The notes beneath the pieces are model-generated. The model did not search any database, had not been told where the DNA came from, and worked only from the letters and a program-made list of their open reading frames with translations. 32,000 nt of DNA from Candidatus Omnitrophota bacterium (GTDB lineage Bacteria > Omnitrophota > Gorgyraeia > Duberdicusellales > 4484-171): contig JAIPHU010000003.1 in NCBI GenBank assembly GCA_021735045.1, positions 30,001 through 62,000 of the forward strand, in the 5' to 3' direction. How positions within the stretch are numbered: the stretch's first letter is position 1; the number at the start of each line of letters is the position of its first letter. Of the stretch, positions 27,481-32,000 are shown piece by piece. The translations under genes were made by a program, and so were the position numbers.

Positions 27481-28815
27481 TTATAAGTTTTTAATTTCCT
27501 GTGCAAGGCTGTTAACTGTTGTTTTTAACTTCTCATCTTTAGTTAAAGCCTTTCTTATTTTTTTACAAGCATAAAGAATATTAGTGTGATGTTTACCCCC
27601 AAAAAAACCCCCAATTTCAGGGAGAGAACTCTCGGTCAACTCTCTTGTTAAATACATTGCAACCTGACGAGGCAAGACCAAAGTTTTACTTCTTTTAGCT
27701 TTTTTTAAATCTTCCTTGTCAACTCCATAAAAACAACTAACTTTATCCAAAATAATTTCCGGAGTAACTCTTGCGCTGATTTCGCGAACCATATCTTTTA
27801 AGATTCCTTTAGCTAGATCAACAGTGATTGTTTTATTTTCTATTAAGGAATAAGCTATAATTCTAACTAAAGCCCCCTCTAGTTCGCGGATATTTGAAGA
27901 GATATTTTCAGCAATAAAGCGGATAACTTGGGGGTCAACCTTTACTGCTTCGTTTTCTAGTTTTTTCTCTAAAATTGCGACTCTGGTTTCATAATCCGGA
28001 GTTTGGATGTCAACAACCAAGCCCCAGTTAAAGCGGGAAACCAATCTTTCTTCTAAATCTGGAATTTCTTTCGGGGGGCGATCCGAAGAGACAACGATTT
28101 GTTTATGGTGGTCGTATAAGACATTAAACGTATGAAAAAACTCTTCCTGGGAAGCCTCTTTCCCCGAAAGAAATTGGATATCATCGATTAAAAGAATATC
28201 TATGTCTCGATATTTTTTTCTAAACTTATCCGTGTTTCTTTGCCGAATAGAAAGAATAAGGTCGTTAGCGAAGCTTTCTGAAGAAATATACTTAACTTTT
28301 GTTTGTGGGTTTAAAGAAAGCACATAATTAGAAATTGCTTGCATCAGGTGAGTTTTACCTAAACCAACTCCTCCATATATAAAGATCGGGTTGTACGACT
28401 TTCCTGGGGCTCGGGCAACAGCTAAAGATGCAGCATGCGCCATTCGGTTTGAAGAGCCAACTACGAAATTATCAAAAGTAAAGCGGGGGTTGAGCCGCAA
28501 GGATGTTTGGGTTTTTTCTCCAAAGCTTTTATTAAAAGAACGAAAGATTTTTGTAGTTTTACTTTTAAGGATACCAGGATTTACCCGGAACTCTATATTT
28601 ATTTTCTTTCCCTCAACTTCTTGGGAAATCTCTTCTATAGAAGAAAGATAGTTGCTTTCTACCCAGTTTTTAAAAAAACTGTCAGGAGCCTCTAAAACCA
28701 GATTTCCTTTAGAAGCTTCTTTGAGCTGTAAAGGAGATATCCAAGTATCAAAAGAAGTTTCTCCTAAACGTTCTTTAAGCTTTTTTTTACAATTTTCCCA
28801 AATATCTTGTTTCAT
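27481..28815 (-). CDS. dnaA: Chromosomal replication initiator protein DnaA
   Basis: 444-aa ORF with Walker A GGVGLGKTHL, Walker B LLIDDIQF, sensor motifs, and the C-terminal DNA-binding domain (LPRQVAMYLTRELT...HHTNILYACKKI). Confidence 0.96.
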   Translation of the reverse strand: MKQDIWENCKKKLKERLGETSFDTWISPLQLKEASKGNLVLEAPDSFFKNWVESNYLSSIEEISQEVEGKKINIEFRVNPGILKSKTTKIFRSFNKSFGEKTQTSLRLNPRFTFDNFVVGSSNRMAHAASLAVARAPGKSYNPIFIYGGVGLGKTHLMQAISNYVLSLNPQTKVKYISSESFANDLILSIRQRNTDKFRKKYRDIDILLIDDIQFLSGKEASQEEFFHTFNVLYDHHKQIVVSSDRPPKEIPDLEERLVSRFNWGLVVDIQTPDYETRVAILEKKLENEAVKVDPQVIRFIAENISSNIRELEGALVRIIAYSLIENKTITVDLAKGILKDMVREISARVTPEIILDKVSCFYGVDKEDLKKAKRSKTLVLPRQVAMYLTRELTESSLPEIGGFFGGKHHTNILYACKKIRKALTKDEKLKTTVNSLAQEIKNL

Positions 28816-28910
28816 TGACGATTTAACAAAGTTAACAACTTATTCACATTTTTAAGGAATGATTATTTCCTGCGCGGTACCAGAAGTAACCTATTGATTT
28901 TGAATAACCA

Positions 28911-28938
28911 ATTATACCTCAATAAAATATCTTTGCAA
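28911..28938 (-). promoter_or_regulatory. Candidate dnaA promoter
   Basis: On the minus strand: TTGCAA (28933-28938), a 16-nt spacer, then TATAAT (28911-28916). Motif match only. Confidence 0.45.
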
Positions 28939-28949
28939 CTTTTTTGTAG

Positions 28950-28977
28950 TTGACACCTAATTATTTTATGCTACAAT
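28950..28977 (+). promoter_or_regulatory. Candidate rpmH operon promoter, divergent from dnaA
   Basis: TTGACA (28950-28955), a 16-nt spacer ending TGC (extended -10), then TACAAT (28972-28977). Motif match only. Confidence 0.45.
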
Positions 28978-29015
28978 TTCAACTTACCTGATAGTATATT
29001 GAATTTAAAAAAGGC

Positions 29016-29215
29016 GATGAGCTATATAAGTATAGTTAATTTTTGATAAAAAGATAACTAAAAGGTGCAAAATGTATGCGTTTTTTGCCGCAGGCAAACA
29101 TTCTCTAGCTATTGCCTAAGAGAATATAACGCATCCATGTAATGTATTAGACTCACAAACAGTGATGAGCTATATAAGTATAGTTAATTTTTGATAAAAA
29201 GATAACTAAAAGGTG
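29016..29215 (+). repeat. Exact 52-bp direct repeat (29016-29067 and 29164-29215) bracketing a 96-bp structured segment
   Basis: GATGAGCTATATAAGTATAGTTAATTTTTGATAAAAAGATAACTAAAAGGTG occurs twice. The second copy supplies the rpmH SD. The core at 29076-29134 has the closing stem ATGCGTT/AACGCAT around TTTGCC-GCA-GGCAAA and ATTCTCT-N12-AGAGAAT. Confidence 0.95.
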
Positions 29216-29222
29216 AAAAAAC

Positions 29223-29360
29223 ATGAAAAAAAATCTAAAAACACCTAGTAATTTAAAAGGGAAAAGAAAACACGGTTTTCGTAAGAGGATGAGCTCGAAA
29301 AACGGGAAAAAAATAGTAAATCAACGGCGAAGAAAAGGGCGTAAAAAAATATCTGTATGA
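29223..29360 (+). CDS. rpmH: 50S ribosomal protein L34
   Basis: Absent from the ORF track because it is only 45 aa. My translation reads [45 protein letters not shown] and contains the L34 core HGFR.RM....G..V...RR.KGRK. An AAAGGTG SD is present. Its TGA stop overlaps the yidD ATG. Confidence 0.9.
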   Translation: MKKNLKTPSNLKGKRKHGFRKRMSSKNGKKIVNQRRRKGRKKISV

Positions 29361-29563
29361 GAAGGGCTGCTATCTTTTTAATCCAGATATATCAAAAACT
29401 TCCCCAATTCTTGCCTACTTCTTGCATATATATCCCAACTTGTTCTGAATATGCTAAGCAAGCTTTTGAGAAGCATTTCTTTTTAAAGGCTTTGGGGTTG
29501 ACTGTATTTCGCATCTTACGTTGTAATCCTTTTTCACGAGGTGGGTTTGACCCTGTGAGGTAA
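29357..29563 (+). CDS. yidD: Membrane protein insertion efficiency factor YidD
   Basis: 68-aa ORF with the C..-PTCSEY...A and RCNPF..GG.DPV motifs. It lies directly upstream of yidC. Confidence 0.88.
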   Translation: MRRAAIFLIQIYQKLPQFLPTSCIYIPTCSEYAKQAFEKHFFLKALGLTVFRILRCNPFSRGGFDPVR

Positions 29564-29565
29564 CA

Positions 29566-31011
29566 ATGGAAAAAAGAACAGTTTTTGCTTTTTTATTGTT
29601 GATTGGCTTTTTTTTGGTTTGGTCTCAGTTTGCTCCAAAGAAGGTTCCACAAACGCTTGAAGGACAAGAAGTTGTAAGCGAAAGCGTGCAAACGACCCCC
29701 CAAGAGCCTCAGCCGAAAATATCGGAAGCCGGAGAAAAAAGCCTTCCTGCAGAAGGTGTCGCCCTCAAAGAAATAAAAATAAATAACTACTATATTACCT
29801 ATTCTCCTCAGGGTGGATATATTCAGTCCATTGCTTTAAATAAACCAACTAATATTCTTCCTTTTCAGAACTTAGGGTACCAATCAGCGAAAAAGGACAT
29901 AAACTATAAAGTTAATGTTGGGCAAGACAGCATTTCTTTTGTTGAGGGCAGTTCCCCTCCCAAAAAATATGTTTTTAGTGAGGATACCATAAAGATAGAA
30001 AATGTTGCCGGCTCCCCCATTTTATTGTTTTCATTTTCTTTAAATTCAGGAACTTCACATATAAGTAAAAGGTATTTTGAATCATTTTATAGTAAAGATA
30101 AATCTATCCAAAGAACCCATCCTAAAAAAGTTAAACAAGAAGTTGAAAAAAGAGTAGAATTTGCCGGGGCTAGGAGTAGGTATTATGCAATTAGTTTATT
30201 ACCCGATCTTTATAATATTGAATGGAGCAAAACTAAAGAAAGAACAAATCTTTACCTAAATAATCCTTCCTCCACCATATTGCTTTATCTTGGGCCGCAA
30301 ATTACCGACAATATGGAAACATATGGGTTGGCGGGTATAGTTTATTATGGGTTTTGGCATTTTTTGGCGGTAGCAATTATAAAAATACTATATTTTTTCT
30401 ATAGTTTTCTGCATAATTGGGGGCTTAGTATAATCTTTCTTTCTTTTTCTACTTATGCTGTGCTGTTTCCTTTTACTTCAAAAAGTACCAAAGCAATGAA
30501 AAAGATGCAAGAGATTCAGCCCTTAATGCAAGAGTTAAAAGAAAAACATAAAGATAATCCTCAAAAGATGCAAAAAGAGACTGTTGAGCTTTATAAAAAG
30601 CATAAAGTAAACCCTTTGGGCGGGTGTCTTCCTCTTTTGTTTCAATTCCCGATAATTATTGCTTTTTATCAAGTAGTCTTTAGGTTTAGCCGGCTTCAAG
30701 GAGCTTCTTTTCTTTGGATTCAGGATCTATCCTTGCCGGATCGGTTGTTCCATTTGCCTTTTACGATTCCTGTTGTAGGTGTTGAATATTTTAATCTTCT
30801 TCCTATTCTAGTAATGATTTTAGGAATTGTTCAACAACACATAACAGCTTCTTCGTCAAATCCTCAACAAAAAAAGATAGGTTTATTTATGGGAGTATTT
30901 ATTGGAATAATATTTTATAAGTTTCCTTCTGCATTAGTTTTGTATTGGTTTGTGCAAAATCTACTCACTCTTATCTACCAAGTCCGTTTGAAAAAAGCCC
31001 GCACCACCTAA
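29566..31011 (+). CDS. yidC: Membrane protein insertase YidC
   Basis: 481-aa ORF with an N-terminal TM helix and a periplasmic domain. The conserved C-terminal core includes MKKMQEIQPLMQELKEKHKDNPQKMQKETVELYKKHKVNPLGGCLPLLFQFPI and ALVLYW. Confidence 0.92.
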   Translation: MEKRTVFAFLLLIGFFLVWSQFAPKKVPQTLEGQEVVSESVQTTPQEPQPKISEAGEKSLPAEGVALKEIKINNYYITYSPQGGYIQSIALNKPTNILPFQNLGYQSAKKDINYKVNVGQDSISFVEGSSPPKKYVFSEDTIKIENVAGSPILLFSFSLNSGTSHISKRYFESFYSKDKSIQRTHPKKVKQEVEKRVEFAGARSRYYAISLLPDLYNIEWSKTKERTNLYLNNPSSTILLYLGPQITDNMETYGLAGIVYYGFWHFLAVAIIKILYFFYSFLHNWGLSIIFLSFSTYAVLFPFTSKSTKAMKKMQEIQPLMQELKEKHKDNPQKMQKETVELYKKHKVNPLGGCLPLLFQFPIIIAFYQVVFRFSRLQGASFLWIQDLSLPDRLFHLPFTIPVVGVEYFNLLPILVMILGIVQQHITASSSNPQQKKIGLFMGVFIGIIFYKFPSALVLYWFVQNLLTLIYQVRLKKARTT

Positions 31012-31060
31012 AAAAGATCACTTAAAATCAAAAAACGCTTATTTGGCAAGAGGTATTTAC

Positions 31061-31076
31061 GTTTTCACGTGAAAAC
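31061..31076. promoter_or_regulatory. parS-like palindrome GTTTTCACGTGAAAAC
   Basis: A perfect 18-bp palindrome spans 31060-31077. It matches 12 of 16 positions of the Bacillus-type parS, TGTTNCACGTGAAACA, with the central 12 identical. Confidence 0.55.
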
Positions 31077-31190
31077 GCTGCAACCCCTTGATTCTATTAA
31101 CATTTTCTATTTTTACGTGTATCTTTCCAGCTATTAAAGAGGGCTGAAAGATCCATGTGGGAACCTCTACACAACTAGAAAGAAGGAGGC

Positions 31191-31206
31191 GTTTTCACGT
31201 GAAAAT
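31191..31206. promoter_or_regulatory. parS-like site GTTTTCACGTGAAAAT
   Basis: Second copy of the same motif, with one change at the 3' edge. Confidence 0.55.
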
Positions 31207-31230
31207 TTTCTTGCTTCTAGATATATGAAA

Positions 31231-31246
31231 ATTTCCACGTGGATAT
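31231..31246. promoter_or_regulatory. parS-like site ATTTCCACGTGGATAT
   Basis: TCCACGTGGA is a perfect 10-bp palindrome with a CACGTG core. It forms part of a 20-bp inverted repeat with the next site. Confidence 0.45.
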
Positions 31247-31271
31247 TCTCCTTTTCTTTAGGTGGTGGAGA

Positions 31272-31287
31272 ATATACACGTGAAAAC
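31272..31287. promoter_or_regulatory. parS-like site ATATACACGTGAAAAC
   Basis: The right half is identical to site 1. It begins a roughly 43-bp direct repeat of 31066-31108. Confidence 0.5.
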
Positions 31288-31431
31288 GCTAGAACCCCTT
31301 GATTTTATTAACAATTCTCATTTTGGTTGTTATTTTTTTTGAGTAATTAAATAAAAATGGTTGCAATTCTCATCAAATAGTATTAAAATAAAGAAAATTG
31401 AAATATTTATATATTATTGATAACAAAAGAT

Positions 31432-32000
31432 ATGGGTAAAATAATTGGTATTTGTAATCAAAAAGGTGGGACCGGCAAAACAACAACTGCCATTAACTTT
31501 AGTTCTTTTTTAGGGCTGGCAGGGGAAAAGACTCTTCTTGTGGACATGGATCCCCAGGGCAATGCTTCTTCTGGAGTTGGCATAGATCCTCAAGGTAAAA
31601 AATCAGCTTATGAGGTAATTTCAGGAGATGCCCAGGTAGAGGAAGCTATTTATTCTACAGATTGGCCTAATTTATCTGTTATGCCCTCAGATATATCTCT
31701 TACTGGTGGAGAAGTTGAGTTGGTTTCTTTGAACCAGCGGGAACTACTGCTGCGGCAAAGTCTTGAGAAGATTAAAGACGAGTATTCCTATATAGTTATT
31801 GACGCCCCTCCTTCTTTAGGAGTACTTACTGTTAATGTGTTGTCTGCCGCTGACAGTTTAATTATACCAGTTCAATGTGAGTATTATGCACTAGAAGGAG
31901 TTTCGAAATTGATCGGCACGATTGAGTTAATAAAAGAAAGGCTTAATCCAGGCTTAGAAATTGAAGGGGTTTTGTTGACTATGGCAGATTTTCGAACCCG
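31432..32000 (+). CDS. parA: Chromosome partitioning ATPase ParA/Soj, 3' end runs off the window
   Basis: Absent from the ORF track because there is no stop in the window. My translation reads MGKIIGICNQKGGTGKTTTAINFSSFLGLAGEKTLLVDMDPQGNASSGVG...IVIDAPPSLGVLTVNVL...PVQCEYYALEG. It has the deviant Walker A KGGTGKTT. Confidence 0.9.
   Translation, partial: MGKIIGICNQKGGTGKTTTAINFSSFLGLAGEKTLLVDMDPQGNASSGVGIDPQGKKSAYEVISGDAQVEEAIYSTDWPNLSVMPSDISLTGGEVELVSLNQRELLLRQSLEKIKDEYSYIVIDAPPSLGVLTVNVLSAADSLIIPVQCEYYALEGVSKLIGTIELIKERLNPGLEIEGVLLTMADFRT

Noticed and set aside
31182-31302. Small ORFs in the yidC-parA spacer: GTG-initiated MKIFLLLDI after AAGGAGG, and a 25-codon ATG ORF at 31225
   Set aside because: They are very short and overlap the palindromic parS-like sites that better explain the sequence. 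The 25-codon ORF has no SD.

Overview
AT-rich bacterial chromosomal window covering the replication-origin neighbourhood, and almost all of it is core housekeeping. Every gene from 1 to 28815 is on the minus strand. These are a V-type ATPase operon in the order E-DUF2764-A-B-D-I-K; pyrimidine genes in two blocks (pyrK-TSUP-pyrD-pyrF and pyrR-pyrB-pyrC); a fused pabB/pabC; mutM; yjbQ; a zinc-ribbon membrane protein; a dCTP-deaminase/dUTPase-family gene overlapping a LOG/TIGR00725 gene; tRNA-Arg(CCG); rsmI; glmS; a small membrane protein; tRNA-Glu(UUC); and gyrA-gyrB-DUF721-dnaN-dnaA. From 29223 onward every gene is on the plus strand: rpmH-yidD-yidC and a truncated parA/soj. This strand switch places oriC at or near the dnaA-rpmH spacer. 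Three genes missing from the ORF track were found by hand: ntpK (1-419, partial), rpmH (29223-29360) and parA (31432-32000, partial). I see no convincing new multi-gene system such as a defence island, CRISPR array, transposase or integrase. The unusual content is small and mostly non-coding. (1) A family of GC-rich nested-hairpin mini-elements sits in the AT-rich background. Two copies are flanked by exact long duplications (22 bp and 52 bp) that regenerate the 5' end or leader of the downstream gene (mutM, rpmH). One 42-nt copy appears inserted in frame in pyrK. (2) A tRNA 5'-half-like fragment and a roughly 90-nt GC-rich structured spacer flank tRNA-Arg. (3) A cluster of CACGTG-core parS-like palindromes lies directly upstream of parA. 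(4) A PyrR-binding hairpin overlaps the pyrR ribosome-binding site. (5) Several heptad-periodic and palindromic arrays occur in intercistronic spacers. All functional readings of these are inference from sequence only.
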